Positions 1 through 8,950 of a stretch of 32,000 nucleotides of DNA are shown one piece after another. Under the pieces are notes generated by a model, which was not told the origin of the DNA, ran no database searches, and saw only the letters and a program-made list of their open reading frames with translations. This DNA is from Megasphaera elsdenii DSM 20460 (GTDB lineage: Bacteria; Bacillota; Negativicutes; Veillonellales; Megasphaeraceae), in the NCBI RefSeq assembly GCF_003010495.1, contig NZ_CP027570.1, forward strand, positions 210,001-242,000, given 5' to 3'. The position numbers and the translations under genes were made by a program. Numbering within the stretch: the first letter of the stretch is position 1; each line of letters begins with the position of its first letter.

Positions 1-360
1 GGCCGTATAATCCATGAGGAGGCTGCACTTCTGGTCCGGGTCGCCGTGGAAGATGCGTTTCATGTCCCGCAGGTTCTCGTCATCCATGCCGATGAAATAA
101 TCATAAACATCATAATCACCAGCCGTCAGCAACGCCGCCCGCTTCTCACTGGGATCCATACCGTGGGCTCGGAGCAGCCGTTCCACCGGCGGATAGACGG
201 GATTGCCGTACCCGTTCCAGATTTCCTCCTCCGTCGTCGCTGCCGAAGCCACATCGAACTGCTCCGCCAGCCCATCCTGCTCCGCCATCTGCCGGAACAC
301 AAACTCCGCCATGGGCGACCGGCAAATATTGCCATGGCAGACAAACAGTATCTTTATCAC
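1..360 (-). CDS. low-molecular-weight protein-tyrosine/arsenate-type phosphatase; N-terminal 120 codons present, C-terminus runs off the window start
   Basis: GTG at 360 is preceded by GGAAGGAG. The translation VIKILFVCHGNICRSPMAEFVFRQ... carries the CX5R(S) P-loop of LMW-PTPs. The frame is open to position 1, and it is absent from the ORF track because no stop lies inside the window. Confidence 0.85.
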   Translation of the reverse strand, partial: MIKILFVCHGNICRSPMAEFVFRQMAEQDGLAEQFDVASAATTEEEIWNGYGNPVYPPVERLLRAHGMDPSEKRAALLTAGDYDVYDYFIGMDDENLRDMKRIFHGDPDQKCSLLMDYTA

Positions 361-618
361 AAGTTTCAAACTCCTTCCATACCGTAAATGGCCTGTAGAA
401 AAATGTTCCCTCTTATTGTAGCAGAAAACATTGTTTTTTGCTCTGGGTTCTGCGAATATGACGCTCCCCATTTTCAGATAAAAAAGTACCCTCCTTACTG
501 TTTTATCCAATATAGAGGGTATATGCCTGTTATTTTATAATATAGGCATTTACGATTTCCCCATAGTAGGCAGATAGAACGCACTATTTTGTAAGATACT
601 ATCTAAAAGGAGAGTAAA

Positions 619-963
619 ATGGAAGTATCAGAAATCAATATCAAACCATTTGCCTATGCTATCAGCATCATCAATGGAAAATGGAAGATGCACATTCTTT
701 TTTGGCTATGGAAAAAAGGAACCCTGCGGTACAGTGAATTGAAACGTGCACTCGGGCATGTAACCCATAAAATGCTCAGTACCCAATTAAAAGAGTTAGA
801 AAGCGATGGACTGATCAACCGACATGAATATCCGCAGGTGCCGCCTAAGGTAGAATATTCCATGACAGAACGGGGACTCAGCATGATGCCCATACTGCAA
901 TTGCTTTGCGAATGGGGAACAACCCATATCGACGATAATCTTCCCGGTTCCAAAGATGCCTGA
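619..963 (+). CDS. HxlR-family winged-helix transcriptional regulator
   Basis: 114 aa with AAAGGAG RBS. The sequence INGKWKMHILFWLWKKGTLRYSELKRAL...PPKVEYSMTERG is typical of HxlR/DUF24. Confidence 0.9.
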   Translation: MEVSEINIKPFAYAISIINGKWKMHILFWLWKKGTLRYSELKRALGHVTHKMLSTQLKELESDGLINRHEYPQVPPKVEYSMTERGLSMMPILQLLCEWGTTHIDDNLPGSKDA

Positions 964-1021
964 TTGTGCCTGTCATGATTGAACTTCTATAAGTGGCAGA
1001 GGTTCCATCATGATATTTCCA

Positions 1022-1696
1022 TTATTTTTTACGGTCTTCCGCCGCCATTTGAGTCAATCTCATTCCAAGATCATATGCCTTTTTCAGGTCCTGGGGAAAA
1101 ACTTCTTCCCGCTGCCGCTTCTTATCCGCTTCATCAAAAAGATTCTGTCTGTAACGGGAATAATCATTATACTGATAGGTATTACAGCAGTATTGGACTT
1201 CGTTATATCCATAAACAAGGTCCATGGTTTTTCCCCAGGTTCCCAGCAGCTCCGGATAATGGAATTTTTCCATCTCCTCTTCCTTGCAATTCATGGCATA
1301 GATCAACCCTGAGAATTTTTTAGCATGAGGGACCATATCGGGCTTCCCATCCTTATAGAAATAGGAATAGATGGGAAAAAGGGAACGATTGAGGAGGCTG
1401 ATGACCTGCCCATTAGGATAGCTGAAATAGACGGGACTTCCCACGATGACCACGTCGGCGTCCCAAATCTTTTTGAGCACGGGCTGGATGCTGTCCCGGA
1501 CAGCGCACACCCCTCCCGTTTTGCTGTTTTTCAGCTTACAGGCATAGCACTCCCGGCAATCCGTAAATTCATAATCCACCAGATGGATGAGTTCCGTTTC
1601 AGCACCAGCTGCCTCGGCTCCTAGCTGTGCTTGCTGCAGCAATTGGGCCGTGCTGAAATTTTTTCTTGGACTCCCATTCAATAAAATTGCTTTCAT
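1022..1696 (-). CDS. flavodoxin-like fold NAD(P)H-dependent FMN reductase / iron-sulfur flavoprotein family protein
   Basis: MKAILLNGSPRKNFSTAQL... with Cys cluster CRECYACK. ATG at 1696 has a GAGGAA RBS; the upstream part of track ORF 1022..1738 is probably not translated. Confidence 0.8.
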   Translation of the reverse strand: MKAILLNGSPRKNFSTAQLLQQAQLGAEAAGAETELIHLVDYEFTDCRECYACKLKNSKTGGVCAVRDSIQPVLKKIWDADVVIVGSPVYFSYPNGQVISLLNRSLFPIYSYFYKDGKPDMVPHAKKFSGLIYAMNCKEEEMEKFHYPELLGTWGKTMDLVYGYNEVQYCCNTYQYNDYSRYRQNLFDEADKKRQREEVFPQDLKKAYDLGMRLTQMAAEDRKK

Positions 1697-1780
1697 CCTG
1701 ATTCCTCTTTTCTCCAAAATTTTCTTTTTCCTTATCATGAGTCATTAACGACCTTCATGTTTTTTATTATACTCTTCAAT

Positions 1781-2099
1781 TCAGTTTTGCCATATACTTT
1801 TTAGCTTGACAGCCCTCATGCGATCATCATACGAATACATTAAGAGGGCTTCATAGCAGACGCTGTCCGGGTCCCAGATACCTTCCTTGCGGGCGCCGAA
1901 AGCGCCGGCATCGCAGGCGAACCAAATGGCCTGACCCTTCTTCAGCTGCTTGACGCAGAGCGCTTCCATGGCGTCCTGGCTGAGGTTCAGGGCCTTCATG
2001 TCGCAGCCCGTCATATTTTCCACGGCGTGGAACTGGATGGGCGTATCCAGGGGCTTGTCCGCCGTACTGGAGATAGAGGTTCGGCGAGACCATGCACTG
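1781..2099 (-). pseudogene. internal fragment of an aminopeptidase C (PepC/bleomycin-hydrolase, C1-like peptidase) gene
   Basis: Frame of track ORF 1781..2206. The stretch ...SSTADKPLDTPIQFHAVEN..LNLSQDAMEALCVKQLKKGQAIWFACDAGAFG... aligns by eye with the PepC region TADKPYN..LNVEMD..AQMQAGETVWFGCDVGQ. There is no N-terminal catalytic Cys region and the reading frame stops prematurely. Confidence 0.55.
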
Positions 2100-2351
2100 T
2101 GACTGCCGCGCCAGCTCATTGAAAGCCGTGACGTGGGCATCATCCGGCCGGAGCAGATAGTCGTCTCGCTTCTTCCCCAATTTTTCTGGCAGTTCAGCCG
2201 CTTCATACTGCGGCAGGAAAGGCATGTGCTGCACTTCCGGGAAGAAAATCAGGTCGGCCCCTGCAGCCTGGCGGACAAAATCATAACTCTTCTGGAAATT
2301 CGCTTCCATATCTTTGGACATAGCCATCTGTGCCATGGCAAGCTTCATCAT
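2100..2351 (-). pseudogene. 5' fragment of a carbon-nitrogen hydrolase (nitrilase-superfamily) gene fused to the PepC fragment
   Basis: MKLAMAQMAMSKDMEANFQKSYDFVRQAAGADLIFFPE... is a typical CN-hydrolase N-terminus including the FPE catalytic Glu. Plausible sequence is lost near 2100, where the PepC-like frame takes over. Confidence 0.5.
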
Positions 2352-2989
2352 TCATTCCCCCTCGTATGTTCCAAGACCCAGGCAAAGGCCTTGGCCGTAC
2401 GGATGTCGTTGTCCTGGAAATGATTCCCTTTGTTCCATTCCAGTGTACATGTTAGATTCCGCCCCTGGAACAGGTCAAAGACATCGCGGATGCGGTCTTC
2501 GACGCTGGCCATGACGAGATTGCGCGTCTTCTTTTCCTTGTCGCCGAGGCTCAGGTAGACGCACGGGCTCTGGAAAGTTTTTTCTTTCAGATAGTCGCAG
2601 AAGGCCGGGAACCAGACCGACGGCGAGGCCGCCGCGATGCCCTGGAAAACGGCGCTTTCACAGGCCGCCCAAAGGGCAAAGAGACCGGCCAGGGAATAGC
2701 CGCCGAGATAATATTTCTTCGCAGGATCTGCCGTAAAGGTCAGCACTTCCTGCAGCGTTTCTTTGGCGCCATTACCAAAGGGCACTTTGCCAAAGACCGG
2801 CGGCGCCGGCCAGGGCGACAAATCCCGGTTCCAGTCTGCGACCTGCAGGGCCAGGAGGCGGAAATCGACGTCCGTCGCCGCCCGGATGGCTGTGATTTCC
2901 TTTTCCATCCCGGCTAAGTCGTGGTCGTCGACCAACTGGATGAGGACGTGCTGCGCCCTGGGATTTCCGAATTCAAACGATTTTAGCAT
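2348..2989 (-). CDS. alpha/beta hydrolase (putative esterase family)
   Basis: MLKSFEFGNP... with nucleophile elbow GYSLAG. ATG at 2989 is preceded by GGAAGGGGA. The longer track ORF to 3184 has an implausible N-terminus. The stop overlaps the pseudogene ATG (ATGA). Confidence 0.75.
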   Translation of the reverse strand: MLKSFEFGNPRAQHVLIQLVDDHDLAGMEKEITAIRAATDVDFRLLALQVADWNRDLSPWPAPPVFGKVPFGNGAKETLQEVLTFTADPAKKYYLGGYSLAGLFALWAACESAVFQGIAAASPSVWFPAFCDYLKEKTFQSPCVYLSLGDKEKKTRNLVMASVEDRIRDVFDLFQGRNLTCTLEWNKGNHFQDNDIRTAKAFAWVLEHTRGNE

Positions 2990-3202
2990 AAAATTTCCCC
3001 TTCCTGCAGATTCTTGACGACCGGCAGATCCGCCTTCGTCGCTGCTTCCGATTTCCGTCCTAAAAAAATAACGTTGCGTACAATATCTTTTACCATTATA
3101 AAATAACCCCCTGCACATTTTTCTAAAGACATTGTACGGTAATTCGCACATTTTTCCAACTGTTTTTGACGTCCAAACGCACATTTTTCCTGTTTCGACA
3201 GT

Positions 3203-3249
3203 AAAAAGGGGATTGTCGCACGAAGGTTTCTACCATCATGCCCAATCCC
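3203..3249 (-). terminator. intrinsic terminator downstream of the 3355..4038 gene
   Basis: The minus-strand RNA folds as GGGAUUGGGCAUGAUGG-loop-CCUUCGUGCGACAAUCCC(C) followed by UUUUU. The core is about 40 nt and nearly identical, in inverted orientation, to 6713..6756. Confidence 0.7.
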
Positions 3250-3263
3250 TTTTCTCTAAAAGT

Positions 3264-3350
3264 CTACAGTTTGTAGTTTGCAGTTTGTAGTAGATGGCTT
3301 TAATTAATAACATTCGTACGTACTGAAAACTATAAACTAAAAACTACAAA
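3264..3350. repeat. long imperfect palindrome built from heptamer repeats (AGTTTGT-type arm versus AAAACTA-type arm) around a TTAATTAATAA centre
   Basis: Arm 3264..3293 (ctacagtttgtagtttgcagtttgtagtag) is largely complementary to arm 3322..3350. Both arms show period-7 repetition. Confidence 0.7.
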
Positions 3351-3354
3351 CTTT

Positions 3355-4038
3355 TTAAAGTACTTTCACTTGCTGGTTCTTTTCGCCGAAGTTTTCCATG
3401 AGCCTCTTTTTGATGGCGTCACGGCTCGTGCCTTTGGCTTCTTCCTGTTTGATCAGTTTGTAGGCACCGAAGAGCGGCGACGGGCCGATCTGGGAGCTGA
3501 AGAAGCCGATGCCCTGGTTCCAGGCGATGAGTTCGAAGACGTCGTCGAAGGCACGGGAATCGATGCCGTGGATATAGGCTTTGACCAGTTCCCGTGCAGC
3601 CTGACGGTAGCGGCCGGCGCCGACGGCATTGGCCAGGGAGAGGATGAGGCGCATTTCATAAGAGAGGTAATGGCGTTCGTCATTCCACGTTTCGTCCCAG
3701 AATTCGACGGCAATGCGGCCCAAGTTCTTGTCGATGATCGGGAAATTGAGGAGTGCCGCCGGCCCGAAAGGCTTCTTGCCCGATGCCGGTTTTGCTTCGC
3801 TGCGGTAGAACCAGATGTGGAATTCATAGGGCTTCACTTCTTCCACGTGATATTCAAAGCCCCGGTCCTTCATGGCTTCATAGAGCGGATGCGGTTCGAA
3901 GCTCTGGATAATCTGCAGGCCGCTGCCTTCAGGAACCTGATCGGCCTGACGAAAAAGGCCCTGCGAGAAATTGCCCTTAGCCTGACGCAAATCGATGACT
4001 TTGAACTGATCTTTTTTATTTTCCCATTCTGTATACAT
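3355..4038 (-). CDS. DUF2249-like N-terminal domain fused to a carboxymuconolactone decarboxylase (AhpD-like) domain protein
   Basis: 227 aa with AGGAGG RBS. The N-terminal part ...GSGLQIIQSFEPHPLYEAM resembles DUF2249. The C-terminal part ...LILSLANAVGAGRYRQAARELVKAYIHG resembles the CMD family. Confidence 0.65.
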   Translation of the reverse strand: MYTEWENKKDQFKVIDLRQAKGNFSQGLFRQADQVPEGSGLQIIQSFEPHPLYEAMKDRGFEYHVEEVKPYEFHIWFYRSEAKPASGKKPFGPAALLNFPIIDKNLGRIAVEFWDETWNDERHYLSYEMRLILSLANAVGAGRYRQAARELVKAYIHGIDSRAFDDVFELIAWNQGIGFFSSQIGPSPLFGAYKLIKQEEAKGTSRDAIKKRLMENFGEKNQQVKVL

Positions 4039-4244
4039 AACAAAACCTCCTGTTGAAAATCCTTTAGATACGTTGATTGGCTTTCGCTTGATGACTGTAT
4101 CTTACCAGATTTCCCACAGGAGGTACGTTGCTTTTCTAACTAATATAAATTTTATCTTTTTTCGATGAACGACCTGCAGCAAACGACATAGTTACCTCGA
4201 CGTAAGGGCCTGACGGAAAAAGCCGAAAATAACAATACTATGTT

Positions 4245-5681
<1,437 letters not shown>

Positions 5682-5763
5682 TTACAAATTTACAAAAAAG
5701 CTGTCGACCCAGCCGTTGATGCCCTGCATGACGCGCTGCAGAGCCGCAAAGAAGAGCGGTCCC

Positions 5764-6585
5764 TTATTTAATGATTTCCACATTGTCCGTCTTCAGCTGC
5801 GGCGTGCGGGCATATGCAACAGCCGGGATGCCAAGGGCCATGACGAAGCCGAGTTGGCAGTGCTTCGGGATATGGAACTGCGCTTCGATTTTCGGGAAAT
5901 GCTGGGCCAGGGCCACAGCGAAACCGTCCCAGACCGTCCCCAGTCCCAGGCTGGCGGCGTAGAGTTCCAGATACGAAAGGGCAATGATCGGGTCGGCATT
6001 TTTGCACGTTTCGGCCGCTTTCTTTTCATCGACGGAGACGATGACCAGGGCCGGTGCACCGCGGTAGACCAAATCCCTGCCAGCCTGCAGGCTTTTATCT
6101 GCCATGTCCTTCAGGAAAGCTAAGGGCGAATCAGCCGGAATACTTTCCAGACAATCATAGGTGATTTTGCGCAGTTCATCCATTTTCTGGCGCGTGGCGA
6201 TAATAGAAAAGCGGAGAGACGGCGCATTGACGCCTGTCGGCGGATAGGCCAGCATGTCCTTGAGCTTTTCAATTTTTTCAGCTGGTACATCGTCTTCCTT
6301 ATACTGACGGATACTGCGCCGCGATTTAATCAGGCCCAGCATTGCTGCACTGTCCACGGTCGTAACCGGGTCAGAAGCCGCCGGATCGAGGCCACCGAAG
6401 GAAAAAGCCCCTGTCGGACAGACGGCCAGGCAGTGCTGACAGGCCAGGCACATCTTTTCCCCATCCTTGATATAACGGGGTATCTTCTGGTCGTCGAATT
6501 CCAGACACGAAGCCACGCAATCGCGCAGGCACATTCCACAGTGGATACATTTTTCTTCATCAACAGCAATCATACGTTTCATCAT
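5764..6585 (-). CDS. 4Fe-4S ferredoxin domain fused to a nitroreductase-family oxidoreductase
   Basis: Two CxxCxxC..CP clusters (CIHCGMCLRDC, CLACQHCLAVCP) are followed by SRRSIRQY and a nitroreductase fold sequence. RBS is GGGAGGGAA. Confidence 0.85.
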   Translation of the reverse strand: MMKRMIAVDEEKCIHCGMCLRDCVASCLEFDDQKIPRYIKDGEKMCLACQHCLAVCPTGAFSFGGLDPAASDPVTTVDSAAMLGLIKSRRSIRQYKEDDVPAEKIEKLKDMLAYPPTGVNAPSLRFSIIATRQKMDELRKITYDCLESIPADSPLAFLKDMADKSLQAGRDLVYRGAPALVIVSVDEKKAAETCKNADPIIALSYLELYAASLGLGTVWDGFAVALAQHFPKIEAQFHIPKHCQLGFVMALGIPAVAYARTPQLKTDNVEIIK

Positions 6586-6705
6586 AACGCTTCCCTCCCA
6601 ATAGTATATACCCCTATTATAGCAAGAGTCTATCCATCGCGCACCGGGAAATCGTTCATCGTTCGTCGTTCATCGTTCATCGAAAATTCTCACGACAAAC
6701 GATGC

Positions 6706-6757
6706 AAAAAAAGGATTGTGCATGATGGCAGAAGCCTTCGTGCGACAATCCCTTTTT
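6706..6757 (-). terminator. intrinsic terminator downstream of the flavin reductase gene
   Basis: The minus-strand RNA is GGGAUUGUCGCACGAAGGC-UUCU-GCCAUCAUGCACAAUCC followed by U7. It is an inverted homologue of the 3203..3249 terminator. Confidence 0.7.
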
Positions 6758-6758
6758 C

Positions 6759-7310
6759 TTACTTCTTCAGCGCCAGTCCGTCATGGAAGGCCTGCCCTAC
6801 GACGGGGCCGATGGTGCGGTACGTGCTGGTGCTGATGTCGAAGATGATCGGCTGGAGTTTATCCAGGTCGACGTGGCCGTCGGTGAGGACCTTTTCATCG
6901 GCCTGCATGGCAACGATTTTGCCGACGAGGATGCCCGTTTCGTCGTCCCAGCTCTTCATTTCACATTCCAGAGTGACCGGATATTCTTCGATGATCGGCG
7001 CATTGACGTGCGGCGCCTTGTGGACATGGACGCCGGCCTGTTCAATCTTGTTGACTTTGTTGCCCGTTTCCACGCCGAAGTAGTCGGAAATGACGACCGT
7101 ATCCTTGGTGGCGAAAGCAACGGTGAAGGCCTTGGTCTTCTTCACGTTGTCCGTCGTCTTGTGCTTCGCTAAAAAGAGCGTGATTTCCCCGTAGTCGCTC
7201 TGCTGGCCCCAAGCCGCGTTCATGGCATTGGGCACGCCGTTTTCATCATACGTTCCAATAATAAAGACACCTTCCGGTGTAATGATCGAATGCTTGGCAT
7301 CAAATTCCAT
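6759..7310 (-). CDS. flavin reductase-like (flavoredoxin, FMN-binding split-barrel) protein
   Basis: MEFDAKHSIITPEGVFIIGTYDENGVPNAMNAAWG... ATG at 7310 is preceded by GGGGGAA. Confidence 0.8.
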   Translation of the reverse strand: MEFDAKHSIITPEGVFIIGTYDENGVPNAMNAAWGQQSDYGEITLFLAKHKTTDNVKKTKAFTVAFATKDTVVISDYFGVETGNKVNKIEQAGVHVHKAPHVNAPIIEEYPVTLECEMKSWDDETGILVGKIVAMQADEKVLTDGHVDLDKLQPIIFDISTSTYRTIGPVVGQAFHDGLALKK

Positions 7311-7395
7311 CGTAATTCCCCCATTCAAATATTTATCTTAACTTTCTTCTTGGTTTTATTATATCTATTTTTCTAGATATGCCAATATTTATTTT

Positions 7396-7560
7396 ACGTC
7401 AACTACTCCCGACTAAAGTCGGGAGCTTGTAAGTCGGAACTGCATAGGTACTAACGACATCTAAAAGATGTCTTCCTAAATCCGCCTACATCATCGGGTG
7501 GCTGACAACACCCGCTTTGCTAAGGAGATTTACTCCAAAGCAGTTGTTATTCTTTCGTAA
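7396..7560 (-). ncRNA. predicted omega-RNA (reRNA) scaffold region overlapping the tnpB 3' end and the RE
   Basis: Placed by analogy with characterised TnpB systems, where the guide RNA derives from the tnpB 3' end plus the RE. Structured sequence with the RE hairpin is present here. The extent and the guide (expected just below about 7396) are not determinable from sequence alone. Confidence 0.35.
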
Positions 7561-8756
7561 CGAGGACGGTTATCTCCGGAAATCCACATAGTTCCGAGGA
7601 GTTGGATATTCATAGCTCCGATACGGTCATCGTTAGATCTGTAACCACACTGGCAACGATATAAGTGTTTGTGATGGTCACGGTTTTCCTTGTGGATAGT
7701 ACCGCATTTGGGACAACGTTGAGAGGTATACTTAGCAGATACCTTCAGAACTTCGGAACGATTTTCATGAGCTTTATAAGTCAAGAATTGTTCCAACTGA
7801 TAGAACGCCCAGCTGCGCAGGTCGTAATTTTGTTTAGCAGTTCTTGAAAGATGGGACTCTTCGAAGCTAACACCGGTCAAATCTTCAAGCACAAACAGCG
7901 TATCTTTGCCGTATTTTTCAACGAGTGTCTTAGAAATCCGATGGTTTACATCAGACATCCAACGGTTCTCTCGTCCTGAAATGGCTTTGAGTCTATGCTT
8001 TGCTGATTTTGTGCCTTTAGACTGGAGCTGGCGGCGGACTTCCTGAAATTTATGGCGTTTAGTAGCCATCTTCTTACCAGAGACGAATTCAGTTTTGCCC
8101 TGTTCGTCGTAACTAACAGTAAGAAAACGTAATCCACGGTCAATACCGACAACGTGACGGACGTTTTCTTTCTGAAAATCTTCGACAGCTTGGGTTACGG
8201 GAATATGGAGATACCATAAACCTTTGAGTTCGACCAGTTTTGCTGTTCCAAGGTCATAAGCGCCATCAAGGTATTCAGCGAAATGTTCGCCCTCAAAAGT
8301 GCATTTGGTTCTTTTGCCGAGTGTATTGATAGATAGGATTTGACCATCATCCACGAAACTGTAATCTCGGTTACGGACCAAATCAGCTTGTGGACGAGTA
8401 AAGAATATCGGCTTCCAAAGCCATTCCCATGTCTTGGTAATGCGTTGCCAGTTGCCATCTTCATCCTTATATCTGTAGGGATTTTGGAAGAGCTGTTGTT
8501 TTACCGTCTTATATCTGGCAATCGTCGTCTTGATAGAAGACTGGGCCAGCTGCGATTTCAGACCGAACTGGCTGCGCAGGTCACTGTACAGTTCTCTGTT
8601 GAGACTTTGGTAGGCCATGTTAAATCGGTGGTCGAAGATGTACTGCGACACGAAGTTACAAGCCTGACGGTATTGTTCAGTCATCTGACGGAACAGCGTC
8701 TCTTGTTCGGGAGTAACGTGTATACGAAGTTTTATTGTTTTAGTTAGGTTGGACAC
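7530..8756 (-). CDS. tnpB: TnpB (RNA-guided RuvC-like nuclease, OrfB family)
   Basis: 408 aa with a GTG start after AGGTGAG. RuvC-like acidic residues appear in VVGIDRGLRF, FVLEDLTG and SNDDRIGAMNI. Zinc ribbon is CPKCG..CQCG. Confidence 0.9.
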   Translation of the reverse strand: MSNLTKTIKLRIHVTPEQETLFRQMTEQYRQACNFVSQYIFDHRFNMAYQSLNRELYSDLRSQFGLKSQLAQSSIKTTIARYKTVKQQLFQNPYRYKDEDGNWQRITKTWEWLWKPIFFTRPQADLVRNRDYSFVDDGQILSINTLGKRTKCTFEGEHFAEYLDGAYDLGTAKLVELKGLWYLHIPVTQAVEDFQKENVRHVVGIDRGLRFLTVSYDEQGKTEFVSGKKMATKRHKFQEVRRQLQSKGTKSAKHRLKAISGRENRWMSDVNHRISKTLVEKYGKDTLFVLEDLTGVSFEESHLSRTAKQNYDLRSWAFYQLEQFLTYKAHENRSEVLKVSAKYTSQRCPKCGTIHKENRDHHKHLYRCQCGYRSNDDRIGAMNIQLLGTMWISGDNRPRYERITTALE

Positions 8757-8908
8757 TATTTCTCACCTGCCTTTCTAAAATCTATACTACTTCATTAAAA
8801 TTATTATATCATAATTTTTTTGCTAAAAGTCTATTATTTATTATTGAAAGGAGGGGAGGTGCGGCTCCTCTCATGACTAAAGTCACGAGTCTCCACCGCA
8901 CCATGAAG

Positions 8909-8950
8909 ATGAATTAACACCACTAACCCCTAGCCCCTGACTGCTAACCC
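8909..8950. repeat. 42-bp segment duplicated at 14324..14366; it is the 3' exon of the intron and the flank of the IS LE
   Basis: atgaattaaca(a)ccactaacccctagcccctgactgctaaccc is present at both sites, differing by a single extra A in the second copy. Confidence 0.9.

Larger units (their letters stand above)
7396..8908 (-). mobile_element. IS200/IS605-family element carrying tnpB only (IS1341-like); right end approximate
   Basis: Subterminal hairpins share a GAC-TAAA-GTC top: LE 8870..8889 and RE 7406..7425. The LE hairpin foot lies 19 nt from the point (8908/8909) where homology to the empty copy at 14324 begins. The flanking target on the element strand reads TTCAT. No tnpA (Y1 transposase) is present. 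Confidence 0.8.

Noticed and set aside
46-421. Track ORFs 46..387 (+), 126..344 (-) and 203..421 (+)
   Set aside because: They are shadow frames of the LMW-PTP gene, which reads on the minus strand from the GTG at 360. Only that frame gives a recognisable protein (the CHGNICRS P-loop) and has an RBS.
979-1624. Plus-strand ORFs 979..1323, 1010..1312 and 1325..1624
   Set aside because: They are antisense to the flavodoxin-like gene and have no RBS and no recognisable family.
3370-4056. 228-aa plus-strand ORF antisense to 3355..4038
   Set aside because: It has no RBS and an Ala/Gly/Arg/Asp-rich low-information translation. The minus-strand frame has an AGGAGG RBS and recognisable domains.
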